DNA from: Phallusia mammillata
Lineage: Eukaryota
Length of the DNA: 64,000 nucleotides
NCBI GenBank assembly: GCA_965637545.1
Contig: OZ281498.1
Span: 16,988,001 to 17,052,000, forward strand
Reading direction: 5' to 3'
Part shown: piece by piece, positions 12,901-25,172 of the stretch
Layout of the letters: each line of letters opens with the position of its first letter
Position numbering within the stretch: the stretch's first letter is position 1
Notes under the pieces: model-generated
Databases searched by the model: none
Told to the model about the DNA's origin: nothing
Seen by the model: only the letters and a program-made list of their open reading frames with translations
Made by a program: the position numbers and the translations under genes

Positions 12901-13079
12901 TTATCAAGCGACATGGATGTCGCAGCGTTGAAGTACGAGTTATTCCCCGAGGACCTATATGGTGACGTCACATTGAACAACTCCGTCCTCGTTACGCTAC
13001 AGAAGAAGATGAAAATCCGGCGGATGATCCTAACCCCGTGAATGAGAGAATAAATGAGGAAATACCTGACGTAACACAA
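9996..13079 (+). pseudogene. pol: Gypsy pol (protease, RT, RNase H, integrase), fragmented
   Basis: MELDTAAG (protease), FTKIDLADAYNQI and YLDDIL (RT), DASNVGIGAVL (RNase H), GHFGMQRMKQLARTAVYWPNI and TDNAPKF (integrase). Confidence 0.92.
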
Positions 13080-13210
13080 TCCTCACCACCGAAGATCGCG
13101 GACCTTGAACATTTAGAATATGGTCCCGGCAATCCGAGACGTTCAAAACGACAACGTACCCCCGACAATTATTGTGTTGCTAATTATCGTTTTTCATACT
13201 TGTTGGGAGG

Positions 13211-13476
13211 TGTTAAAGATTTCTATTGTTGCAATATAATTTCCAACGTGTTGTTTAATTACCAGCTCATTTCGAGCCTTGTGTGCCTAATAGCGCAGTA
13301 ACATTCCTAACATTGTAATTAAACTCCAAGCATAATTAACCCTAATCTGGCGTAGTTTTCGTGGAATGTTAATGGTTTCCTGTTGACTATATAATGCTGC
13401 GCATGTTAAGTTGAATCATTCTATTTTCCTTCCGTTTACTTGGTGTCGTGAATACAACAACTTGAAGAATACAACA
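13211..13476 (+). repeat. 3' LTR (266 bp), preceded by a short purine tract
   Basis: Direct repeat of 8714-8981, preceded by GGGAGG. Confidence 0.95.
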
Positions 13477-13856
13477 CGCACTAAACTTTGCCCACAAACA
13501 ATCACAAGGACAGAAAAATCACAATCTCTAGCCTAGCCTAAAAGCAAAATCAACAGCGAAACAATTCTAAAAATGATTTGATCAGCCGTTAAATATCGGC
13601 AACACTGTTCCCTAATAGTCATTTTCAAACAAAGAGGGATCGACCAGCGTTTGTTGTTTGTTTGTTAATAGTTAATGGTTATTCAGTCAAGTGGCATGTC
13701 ACCAATCAATGGAATCTTGCTGTGTGGCAATTTGGTCAGTAAAATTGTGGTGTCAAAATTTAAATGTTTGTTTGACTATTAAAAGGTCATTACTATCCAA
13801 TTGGACTTATCTTTAAACATTAAATTCTAAAAAATATACTTTACTGAAACCAAATA

Positions 13857-13950
13857 AGGCATTTGCTTGCCGTGAGGGAGAAGTATTTATCCCGCTATTA
13901 TTGTCATATCAATTGCTTATAACAGCGTAGAAAATCTAGTTGTGCACATA
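13857..13950 (+). repeat. ~95-bp dispersed repeat, second copy at ~15123-15214
   Basis: AGGCATTTGCTTGC...AAGTATTTAT...ACAGCGTAGAAAATCTA occurs at both sites. Confidence 0.75.
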
Positions 13951-14048
13951 CAATTAAGTTCTGAAAAATACATTTTCAGACTCGTGCGTACAACATTGTA
14001 CATTTACAAACCTTTTCAGCCTGCGAACGCTTTATTCTTACAATAATC

Positions 14049-14445
14049 CTGCAGGAGCTGCCTGGCGCGAGGCAATTTTGGGGGGATCCGCGAAGCCGTT
14101 GAAGTAATTCTATGACCTTATTTACCGTCAGTTTATGCCACTAAATAAGTTTGAATAAAATTAGAATTGAAAATCGACTGCCTCCATTGCTAAACGATGG
14201 CCTTTATTAAATAACAACTATCAAAAATGCAATTGTTCGCGCACAATCGTACTGCTTTTTGCCTCGTCTGCGATGTCACAAGCCGTCTTTGGATCATTAT
14301 TATGCACAATTTTGCATAAAAGCTAAAATCCTGCAATCAACTTTCGTTTTTCTAAAGTACACATTTCAGCTTAAGGACCGCGAGCCCTCGAAATAATGGC
14401 AAAGGGACCGTTTTGAAAAATAATGAAACAGTTTGAGAACCACTG
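14049..14445. mobile_element. Partial hAT-type MITE (only the right TIR is recognisable)
   Basis: Ends CAGTTTGAGAACCACTG, followed by the target-like CTCTAGTA. The left boundary is approximate. Confidence 0.55.
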
Positions 14446-15792
14446 CTCTAGTAGAATGTCTAGATGCTAAAATTTCCAGAATATTTGGTTATACAGTACT
14501 CTTAACTTATAAACAACAAATTAAAATACTACGTTAGTATCTGTGGTGCTACTGGTGCAATTTAATTGTTCCGATTTCGCTAAGTCAAGAACCTTCAAAC
14601 ATTCGTTTACCCTACTACATGGCACAACGTTACAAAACTTTGGACCCAATACAATGTTAGGCGCGCGAAAAAACCCTCCTCCTTATATGTGCTTGCTTTA
14701 TCGCGATCATTTAATCTTTCACGATGTTGAGTAGGGGTTTCTTTTTGGTGGTCGTTGTTTACCTACGTCCTTTATTCAACCGCCTGGTGTCCACCCATGA
14801 TGTAACAGTCGCGATGCCCTTTGCACCGCTTGATCCTCACGCGACATCCCCAACTTCCCTGCTACGTGCTATTAGCAAATATGGTCTTCGGCTGCTGCGC
14901 CTTGTAACATTGTGTCCCATCTATAAAAACATTCTTACATTGGCGTTTTTCGTAAAAACCTATCATAAACCGCGAGGTTTTTGCAGCCCTTTCCTGATCC
15001 TTGACACTACTGGTTTTGAACTATTATGTACCCTTTTTAATGTCCAGTACCGAAATTCATACAATACAATACAATAACTTTAACAGACAAATCAATTGCG
15101 CCATACTTCACTGATAACCAACAGGCATTTGCTTGCAGTTAAGGAAAAGTATTTATGCCGTTACTATTGTTATATTAATTGCTTAATACAGCGTAGAAAA
15201 TCTATTTGTGCATAGGCTATATAAGAAATGTCATGCAAAATTTCTAAAATAGTAACTAAGATTTTTAGGTCAACCCAAAGATGTTCAGGTTGTCTTGTAG
15301 CGAATACCGGACGACTTTAATTGTATTTTTATATCAGCTCGAATCTTGATCAATTTTGCGATTTAAGTACTAATAGGTATATTGTAAAAACTGCAAATCG
15401 AATTTTTAAGTCCCAGTAAAGACCGCGACCAATCAGTACGATCACGCATGCGTTGTTTGATCCCAAAGGTCAGTTGCAGAAAACAAACTTGCAATCAGGT
15501 TATCGCGTTGATTATCGCCAAAGCAGGATGGCGGCCTTGCCTAAAACTTTTGACGTTTTTGAAGTAAACTTTATAATAGCCATAATTATTTACCTAGTAA
15601 ATTATTAATCGAAGTCAAAGACGATATCAGATTTTTTTAATGAAAGCTGCAGCCTACGTTATAGATATTGCAATAGCTCAACGGTTATTAAACGGATGGT
15701 ATCACCATTCACCACCCATTATCCATGATTAAATTCAAACTACACGAGGAAGTAAAACCACATGGACGACTGAAGGAATTAAAAAAAAAATT

Positions 15793-16112
15793 TAGCACAC
15801 ACAGACTGGGAACTAAAGTCAATATTGTTGTCGCATGTGGATGACAAAGGACATTTTCCGGAAAAAGCTAACGTGAGGTCCAACAGGGGTTTGCCTTGCA
15901 AAGGCAGTCACTTAAAAAAGTAAACAAGAAAAAAAGTAAAGCGCAAAACAATGAAGTAGGAAAACCATAAAACCAGTTGACAGTAAGGTTGGCTTCTGTC
16001 TGCCAGCTAATATACATTGCATCAAAAATAGGCAAAACCCAAAAAACAATCGCACGATGACAGTAAAGATTCACTTTTACATGCTGTTGCCAGAATTATT
16101 TTGGTAACCTCG
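15793..16112 (-). pseudogene. Decayed coding remnant of a hydrophobic (probably membrane) protein, paralogous to 28468-28808
   Basis: Peptides FEVTKIILATACKSESLLSSCD and FWVLPIFDAMYISWQTEANLTVNWFY. Many differences from the second copy are synonymous in this frame. Confidence 0.5.
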
Positions 16113-17454
16113 AAATTTAGAGAAAGTTGTTTGGGTGTGAGCTCTTTAACGCAAAACCTTTTCAACTATCCCGGTTATATTCTAATGCTTTGGATTGCTA
16201 AAACCTGACTTCAGTACTGGCCAAACTATTATATTATAGTTACTAAGGCCGAAGACGCTAGAGACAAAAACAATCACAGGATGACGCACACACAAGGGCG
16301 GGGTTGCGTTCGAATTCATCGATGTAAAAATACAATAAGACATGAAGTGAAAAAGGATGACGTTATCCTCAATACAATAAAAGCATTAAACAAGAAGCCT
16401 TGCTTCTTGTAGTAAGTGTTGCAACTATTTGGGGTAAAGAAACGCAAAAACGTAGAAGTGAGTGTCAAGGCAAATTGTACCAGACAACATACCATAACAA
16501 ACAAATAAAAAATCAGAACATATATATATATGTAAACATAAAAAAGACAAGTGCGGAATACAGGTGCAGAATATTGAATCAACAAACAAGTTATATAATT
16601 AGCAACAAAATGGAAATTAGTTATTTGCTGATATGGTGACGAAGCAAACAAACAAATAAGTAATATTATTTGTTGTGACATTAGAGACATGTGTTGCACG
16701 TTGCATTAAAGTGTTACAAAGTTACACGCAATTTTACTATCAATTTAAAAGCTTTGCCAACGTATCGGGCTTGGAAAATATTAGTTCTAATTGGAAATAT
16801 TAATTCGTATCTTCATAAGTTTTACGATTAAAAACCTCATCGATTGGATGTTAAAACTACACGACTAAACGTCTGTTTACACATATGTAAAGTAAGACAT
16901 ACTTGATGATACTTGATATGAATGACCTCGAGTTTAATTTGCTTGATAAAAGCGATACAAATGCACTAACCTGTACCCCTAATGCTATTTGGAAGCTTCT
17001 CAAGTGGTTTGCGAGAAACTAATGAGATTCCGCTATATACTCAATTCAAGTACAAGAATTGCTACAAATTAGTGTTACATAAGTCAACAAATCGGCAACG
17101 TTTTTTATTCGTCTCTACTACAAGCACTAGCAGAACAAAATTTATGACGTCACTGTTGCTATATGGTGTGTTTATCAAATCATAAAATGCTGAAGAAAAG
17201 GCATGGAAGATCCAATTTTCAACGTTTGCGTTTGATTTCCAGTCCCAACTAATCAGCTGCGATATTGAAATCTGAAAAGTTTTATTTGTACAAAACCCTT
17301 GTCTTTAACATTTGGAATTACCACCTAGCTGGCTGCAATAATTATGTTAAATCTAGTTCAGAAGGGGGGTCTATTTCTCGTCTCATAAGAATTTTGTGCA
17401 CCCAATGACCAAAAAAATGCCGACACATATAAATTGCATGAATGTATAGTGTGG

Positions 17455-17809
17455 GAGTTCATGACTCCTAGGCGCATTGGATTGATCACTTGTCACTGTG
17501 CAAAACAATGATCAACGTCGAAAAGCAACTATTTATTGCTGTCGTTACCGTATTTGCAGTACCAGTAGTGTTGAAGTTCATGACTCGACTCCTAAAGGCA
17601 TTAGATTGGTCACATGTACTGGTGTTAAAAAATGTTTAACGAATCGCAACTATTTATTGCTGTCGTTACCGTATTTGCAGTACCAGTAGTGTTGAAGTTC
17701 ATGACTCGACTCCTAAAGGCATAAGATTGGTCACATGTACTGGTGCTAAACAATGTTTAACGAATCGCAACTATTTATTGCTGTCGTTACCGTATTTGAA
17801 GTACCAGTA
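17455..17809. repeat. ~121-bp tandem repeat, ~3 copies, upstream of GTPase paralog 2
   Basis: GCAACTATTTATTGCTGTCGTTACCGTATTTG at 17525, 17646 and 17767. Confidence 0.9.
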
Positions 17810-18127
17810 CGATTGTGCGTTCGCTCTTTATGGTTCGTAAAAGCCAAATTCAGATAACATACTTGGATTTAGGTAATTTGTCAAAAATGTCACGACAGAT
17901 CTTTATGTTATTTGCAATTATCGCTTTGTTGCGTATTTTAGCCTTTTGTGAAAGATAGGATGCCATAGTTTTTCATGCGGTCAAATTGAGAACAGTTTTA
18001 GCGATGTTGATGTTCAAATAAACTTTATAATAACCATAATCGTTTGTCTTGTAAGTTATGATTATCCAACGGTTTCGTGTTTGATGTAAAGTGTCGATAA
18101 TCGATTTTATGATTGACAGGTAGAAAT

Positions 18128-21100
18128 ATGTCAGACTACGTGCAACAATTAACTGATAATAACCTGAACTTCTTGTATGAATCTTTTCAACAAATAATTG
18201 ACAAACCGGGACTGAATGGTGTTCCAATCGCCATTTATGCAGTTTCTGGACCGACAAAAACTGGAAAGTCTTATTTACTAAATGTATTGTATCATTTCAT
18301 GCGTCATCATTACGCAAATGTAAGTTTTAATGCACATTAATTCATTACTTAAATGGTGAAATAGTTCCTCTTTCAATGCCATTTTGTGCAGGACTATGAT
18401 AATGAAGAAGAGATTCTGCAAGTGTTTGAGACTAACAGTCAAGTCGAGTCAGAAACGAAGGGGATATATATGACAACTACGCCTTTGTACAAGTATTCGG
18501 GAAAAAGAAAGGTTTCGGTTAAATGAATTTTTATCTCGTTTGTTTAAAATGAATATAAAACATCTGCAAAAAACTCCTGCATAAAACTGCTGCAGGTGGT
18601 TAATTAGGAAAAAAATGAAGAAAGAAATTTATCTTTTCTTGGATATTGTGTATATCGCTGAACTAACATGGCCAACTGCTGAAACGATTTATAAAGCGGA
18701 ATTACCTTTTACTACTTATTACATAAAAAATATATATTCATTATTTTTCTGCCAAGGTTGCAATATTTCTCATGGACACACAAGGAATTGAAGCAGGAGA
18801 CAAAATAGAAAGCAGAGAAGCCTACCTCTTTGCGATCAGCTCAACTTTTAGCTTTATGAATATTGTCAACGTGAAACATGATTTCAGATGGTCCCATTTC
18901 GATACATACGCTTTAAGCAAAATTTTTTTTTAACATTCCTAAACTCTTTGCATTTTATTGGGAAATTTTTATTTATAGGCTCTTACTTTGTACACGGAGC
19001 ATTTGGAAATTCAAAACGAAAAGGTATGTTACCTATATTAAATAGTTAAACCCAGTAACTCAAAGTTTCTGGCATCGAGCAGCAGCACAATTTGGAAGAT
19101 GTAACAGAAAAAACGCCGGGATTCAAACACATTCCCATTTTAGTTGACAGAACGTCCTGTTTGAATTTGCAGAGAAAGCGACTAACAATTGTGGTAAGAG
19201 ACTGGGAGCACCCAGGGCAGTATCCACGTGGTCGGGAAGGCGGAAATCTCTATCTCCAGGTTAAAAAAACATAATTATTTTTCTCAGCGTAAGTAGTTTT
19301 TATGGAAATCTAATCAAAGGTATATCATTTTTGTTTGTTTTTTTTGCGCACTTCTTATATCCCACTTTACTTTCTTTCTTTGATATATGTTTCCTTTTAT
19401 GCTTGTTGTTGGACACACCTATGTACCGTTACATTTCACCTCATCATTTAGACGGCATCACGTGTGCTGCGCAGCGCCTCGGTAATAGTTTTTAGCTCTC
19501 GGATATGTTCTAGGGCAGTGCTCCGCAACCGGTGTGCCGCGGCACACTGGTGTGCCGCAAGACGATGCTGGGTGTGCCGCCGCAAAACAGTAACTTTTTG
19601 TTTCAAATTTGGGTTTGTGTATTTAAATATTCTAGCAAATGATACAGTTCACAACACCAAACTGAAGCTACACTGCTCACTACACATTCGTGTTTTATTA
19701 CGTCATAATATACTTTACAATGGCTCAATGCAGGGGTCTCAAAACACGCGGCCTGGTGTTGCCCCAAGAGGGTTTTTGTGCCGCCCGCGAACTAACTTTT
19801 AAATTTTAGGTATTTACCTCAGGTGGAATACCCAGTCAGACCACTGATTTTAAGAAACATTCATTTTTTATTAGTAATGGCTAGAAATGAAAATAGTTCC
19901 TACTGTTGCAAATCAGCAATTCCAATTGTTGCGTCGAATTTTCCAATTGTTTAGGCATTGTATGCCATTGTTTTCATACATAGTAGTTTATTGCACTTGG
20001 CATTTTTACTTTGCTACACCGTATATTTGTTTCTTGTTTATTGCATTACAAATGTTTCATGTACATTATATGGCATCAACGCAAAACATTTTCAAGGACA
20101 TACTATTTTTTGTTCATATTACTTTTACAAAAAAAGTTCCAATAGTACGGCCTTTTCCAAACGTAAAAAATGTTTTTGGCCCTCAAAGAAGTTTAAGACC
20201 CCTGGCTTAATGCTTTTTTCGGCTTTCAAAAATTCAAATCGCATTTTTTGGTTCGGGTGTGCCGCCGAACATTTAAAGCTTGTATGGTGCGACTTGCGTG
20301 AAAAAAGGTTGCGGAGCACTGTTCTAGGGTAGTGGACGGCAACCACCGGGCCGCGGCCCGATGCCGTCCGCGAGGGGTTCGTTACCCGGCCGCAGAAAAC
20401 TTTCTCAAAATTCCCATTGAATCAAAGTTGTAATAATCATAATTAGTTTTCAGTGATGAACATTTGTGGTTTTCAAAGGCCGGTCCGTGACAAAAATTTT
20501 AGTTTCAAACCGGTCCGCAGTGCAAAAAAGGTTGCCGACCCCTGTTCTAGGGTGAATATGTATAGCCTGATGTAAGGCCCAACTCTCTAGCTTTTGGGTT
20601 CAAGTTTTTTACATTGCCAAGACCTTTTTATCCATTTTGCCTGTTTCCTAACTTTTTTTGTTTTGGTCTAGAATGTAAAGAATAAACCAGACTTGGCTCG
20701 TCAGGTATTTTGTATGGATGATAAATATTCAACATTTAAATGTTTTCTTTTGCTGCATCCCGGAAATAGAGTGGCAACTACTAATACAGCAAGAATAAGA
20801 GGCAAGAAAAATAATTCTCAAAGATGCAATGAAATGTATCAAAAATTCCAAGATTGTTATAGTAAATAAATAAAACTGTTTGTTGACATTTGAATAGTTT
20901 GTTGTCATCATCTCATTCCTACTCTATAAGTTATCTTAAAAAGTTCTCATCCAAATGACAATCCGTTGCTTCCATAACTGTAGACATGGAAACTACAACT
21001 TGGAATGGAATGAAAGATTTGTATCACTTGCTTTTCTCACCGAAAAACATTTCACGAGCAATCGAAGAAGCACCAAAGAAAGAACGGTTTTTCCAACTGG

Positions 21101-24100
21101 CGCGAGATTTGCAAACAAAGTTAATTGTTTCCAATCTTTGTGCCCCGGAAGCTTCGTTTAAGGTTAAAACAACCTAATAGTATATTAAATTGATGGGTGA
21201 ATCAAGGAATAGAAAAACATGTTTTTGACAAATGTGACTTGTGGGATTAGTGTACGCACACAAGAAACATTTTAAAACAACAATAACAATACTTACACTA
21301 GTGTAGAACTTATGTACGCTAAAACTAGCTATAAAAGTCCGTAAAACCCCTTCATTTCCCAACAAAATATTTTCCAAGAAGTTATATGAGCAAAAGAAAA
21401 ATTTTAGGTAAACGCCGTTGCATAAACTGGCAAATTGTAAACCACGCGATCGCAAACGTCGCGGACACATGTATATATCGTAATTATTTTACGATTTAAA
21501 TTATCTAACCTTTTATAGATTTTCTTTGACAACGAGATGAAAAAAAAGGTGGATAATTGCTTCAAAAAGTATAAAACAGAAATTGAAATGGTGTGTATGA
21601 TTTTATTGTGAATTATTATCGCTTGCTAAGTTGTTTTTGCTTTTATAGTATAACGAAAGACAAGGAAACGCCTTTCAGTTGACACACGAAAATGCCAATA
21701 GAACAGCAACTGCAGAACTGCAGAATGATGCGGTTGGAGACATCGACATATATTTAAATCTTTTGCATGCCAAAATCACCGCAGAGTATGAGGTAACAAG
21801 AAAATGTGAAGTTTTTGTTTAGTGCTATATTATTATAAGTTACGTTGGGTAGATTGGTCAAATTTTCTCTTAACAGATAAAAACAGGCAATAATTGTAAG
21901 ACAACTCTTAACAGTAATAAATATTCTGAAAAGTGTAGTGTCTGCAAAACAGCAATAATAATTTTTTTTTTAAAACACAGTTTATATGAATTGCTTTTTC
22001 CTGTGTAGTTGGCGTTTTCCACTGTCTTCCATATTAATGTTTTTTAGTTTTTTATCAGAAAAACCTGTTTTAAACAAATGTGACGTGTGTGATTAGTGTA
22101 CGCATTAACATAAGAAACAATTTGAATCAACAAGAATACTTACACTAGTGTAGAACTTATGTACGCTAAAACTAGCTATAAAAAGTCAGTAAGATCCCTT
22201 CATTTCCCAACAAAATAGTTCTAACATTTTATAGATTTTAGATTTTCTTTGACAACGAGGTGAGAAAAATGCTTAATTGCTTTAATATTTATGTCTTGTG
22301 TATTTGTTTCATGACTTTCCCCTTAAGACCATATCTGAATGCAAATCATTTATTCTTTGGATAGTTGACGTAAGAAAGACATACTTTTAGATTTTCTTTG
22401 ACAACGAGATGAGAAAAAAGGTGGATAATTGCTTTAAAAAGTACAAAACAGAAATTGAAAAGGTGTGTGTGATTTTAATGTGAATTACTATCTCTTGCTA
22501 TAAGTTGTTTTTGCTTTTATAGTATAACGACAGACAAGGAAATGCCTTTCAGTTAAGGCACGAAACTTCTAAAGAAAGAGTAAATGCAGAGGTGCAGAAT
22601 TATGCGGTTGGAGACATCGACATATATTTAAATCTTTTGCATGCCAAAATAACCGCAGAGTATGAGGTGACAAGAAAATGTTAAGTTTTTGTTTAGTGCT
22701 ATCTTATTATAAGTTACGTTGGGTAGATTAGTCAAAATTGCTCTGAATAGTAATAAACATGCAAACAATGTGAGATAACTCTATAGAGTAATACGGCTAG
22801 ATCACTCTTAGGAGTAATAAGTGTGCCAAAACGTGTTGTATCTGCAAAACAGCGCAGAAACATTTCAAAAAAGTGCACAGATTATTTAAGTTGTTCTTTT
22901 CTGTTGTGTTATCTTTTACCACTCTGTTCCATTATTAAAGTATATTTTTAGATTACAACTGGACGCCATACCACAGCAGAGTTCGTAAAAAACTGGAATG
23001 AGGAAATCAAAAAGGTAAACATTATAAATATAAACTTTCCAAAAGACCTGAGATTTAGTATAAAATCACAATTTGTTGATCAGCAAATTTTGTTTTAGCC
23101 GGAACAATGTACATTATGTATTTCACAATGCAAATAATGCTTAATTTGTGCGTGTAGCACGAGCTGGAGTTTCACCAAGCAAGGCTGAAACATGTCTTGT
23201 GGTTTTGAAGCATCTGTAGATTTACGTGCACGAAACACAAGTACCCACACGCTCAAAGGCACGTTTACTTTAACGCGCACGGTTTTCTGTATGGGAAATA
23301 AATTTTTTTGCCAAGCCCGCAAATAGCTTAGCTTTATCACAATCTTATTAAATGTTGGATGGTCCGGGTGTATAATATTTAATTTCATGTGGCATGTTCT
23401 TCAGTCTCCGTGTCGAGATATATTCTACACCGTGGTTCTTAACCTTTTTTTGACGCGACCCAAATACTTCCGAAAAGTTTGTTGTGTGTTTTTTCGCGAC
23501 CCATGGACATGCATTCTTACTATTTTATGTGTATTTTGTGTGCAAATCAGGAAAGCTTTTCGAAGACAACACTAGTTTGGAAAGTTAAAAAATTAGGCAA
23601 ATATTTTTCGTTTTTTCGACCAAACATTTCCATTTGTCCCAAACTTTAATACTGGTTTAAGGCATTATCAGCTGCATGGACAACGCAAACAGTGAGCAAT
23701 CTCATAACTTGATGACGTCACAAACAGAATTAACCTTTATCACCCACCTTTGGGTCGCGAGCCACAGGTTGGGAAACATTGTTCTACTAACACTACAACA
23801 TAAATAACAAAACGACAAATTTTTCGCACTTAATGTCATTAATATGACAAACCCGACTGAATTTCCACCTTTCCCAAGAGTGTATGTGGCAATTCAACAC
23901 AACTTTTCAACGATAGGTTTTAACAGTTGCGTAGCTGAAAATGCTCGGTTATTAAAAGGGAAAATTGTAAATAGAAATAAAAACGCTTTTTGGCTTTTGT
24001 GCGCAGTGTCACAAACAACTAATCCTATTTTTTCATTAACAGAAAGGATCGTTCCTAAACTCTGAGGTTAAGCAGTACTTTTTGGAAAAAGGGCCACTTT

Positions 24101-24567
24101 ACAAGGAGCAACTTACTCAACAAATACAAGACGAAAATTCGCTGAGAGTGATTTTGGATGAATTAGAGAAGCTGCTTCGTGAGAGCTATCAAAACCAAAT
24201 AAAAAGACGAAATAGGAACAAAATAATAGCTGCATGTGCTGCCGCTACTGCCGTTGGAGTGGCTGCTGCTGCACCTTTGGCAGCTGTGCCTGCTTTTGTT
24301 GCTTTCGCGGTTTCTGCAAAAATATCGACTGGAGTTGTTCTAGGCCTTGGGGCTGGTGGAATGGGAGCAAGTGGCGGAATACTTAGTGGCTTGTTTGGTG
24401 GCACAGTGACCAAATATAAACTTTCAAAACAAGATGACACACCACCTGGCTTGGATGACGAGGAAAGTGACGAAAACCAAAATGCGTTGGATGATGATTT
24501 AAACGAAAACGGGAATATGTTACCATTAGATGAAAATAAGGGACAAATTCCTCTGCAGGATATGTAG
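18128..24567 (+). CDS. Atlastin/RNF112/GBP-family large GTPase, paralog 2 (~640 aa). Exons: 18128-18319, 18392-18511, 18757-18912, 18979-19023, 19173-19259, 20672-20801, 20984-21162, 21519-21590, 21649-21792, 22391-22462, 22523-22666, 22952-23014, 24043-24567
   Basis: G1 SGPTKTGKS, G2 SETKGIYM, G3 LMDTQG, G4 IVVRDW, plus the atlastin-like KCFLLLHPG segment. All exon phases are compatible. The donor at 18913 reads TT instead of GT and the donor at 20802 is GC. Confidence 0.88.
19516..20321. mobile_element. hAT-type MITE containing a nested MITE
   Basis: TIRs CAGTGCTCCGCAACC / GGTTGCGGAGCACTG; perfect TSD TTCTAGGG (19508-19515 and 20322-20329). Confidence 0.92.
19731..20204. mobile_element. 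Nested hAT-type MITE
   Basis: TIRs CAGGGGTCTCAAA / TTTAAGACCCCTG; TSD GCTCAATG / GCTTAATG. Confidence 0.88.
20330..20544. mobile_element. hAT-type MITE inserted into the TSD of the neighbouring MITE
   Basis: Ends TAGTGGACGGCAACC / GGTTGCCGACCCCTG, flanked by TTCTAGGG on both sides (20322-20329 and 20545-20552). Same family as 30164-30390. Confidence 0.85.
23431..23781. mobile_element. Older hAT-type MITE in the last intron of paralog 2 (duplicated at 27053-27403)
   Basis: Degenerate TIRs CGTGGTTCTTAACC / GGTTGGGAAACATTG; TSD TTCTACAC / TTCTACTA. Confidence 0.65.
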
Positions 24568-25172
24568 CTACTTTTCAAAAATGTTTGAAATGTTGGCGCT
24601 TGTTTGGCTTAAACCGTTTTTTTGTCCATTTGACGTTTATTTCATATGTAACTTGGTAAAGCACGTAATCACTTTGTAATCAAAACTCGAAAACTTGTCT
24701 GGCAATGAACCAAAAAATTAATTTTTCAAATTTCATTATTATTTGTATGATAGAGGTGACAATTTTTGTACAAATAAGTCGAATGTTATTAATTGCCATT
24801 TTTAAATATTAAACTTTGAACATAATTATAATAGTATATTAAATTGATGGGTGAATCAAGGAATAGAAAAACATGTTTTTGACAAATGTGACTTGTGGGA
24901 TTAGTGTACGCACACAAGAAACATTTTAAAACAACAATAACAATACTTACACTAGTGTAGAACTTATGTACGCTAAAACTAGCTATAAAAGTCCGTAAAA
25001 CCCCTTCATTTCCCAACAAAATATTTTCCAAGAAGTTATATGAGCAAAAGAAAAATTTTAGGTAAACGCCGTTGCATAAACTGGCAAATTGTAAACCACG
25101 CGATCGCAAACGTCGCGGACACATGTATATATCGTAATTATTTTACGATTTAAATTATCTAACCTTTTATAG

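Larger units (their letters stand above)
8714..13476 (+). mobile_element. Full-length but inactivated Ty3/Gypsy LTR retrotransposon (Mag / K02A2.6-like type)
   Basis: LTRs TG...CA at 8714-8981 and 13211-13476; 5-bp TSD CACAC / CGCAC; PBS and PPT present; gag-protease-RT-RNaseH-integrase order; many stops and frameshifts. Confidence 0.96.

Noticed and set aside
21174-21470. Minus-strand ORFs 21174-21470, 23095-23388, 24189-24578 and their duplicates as genes
   Set aside because: They are intronic or antisense shadows of the GTPase exons, and their identity simply follows from the tandem duplication.
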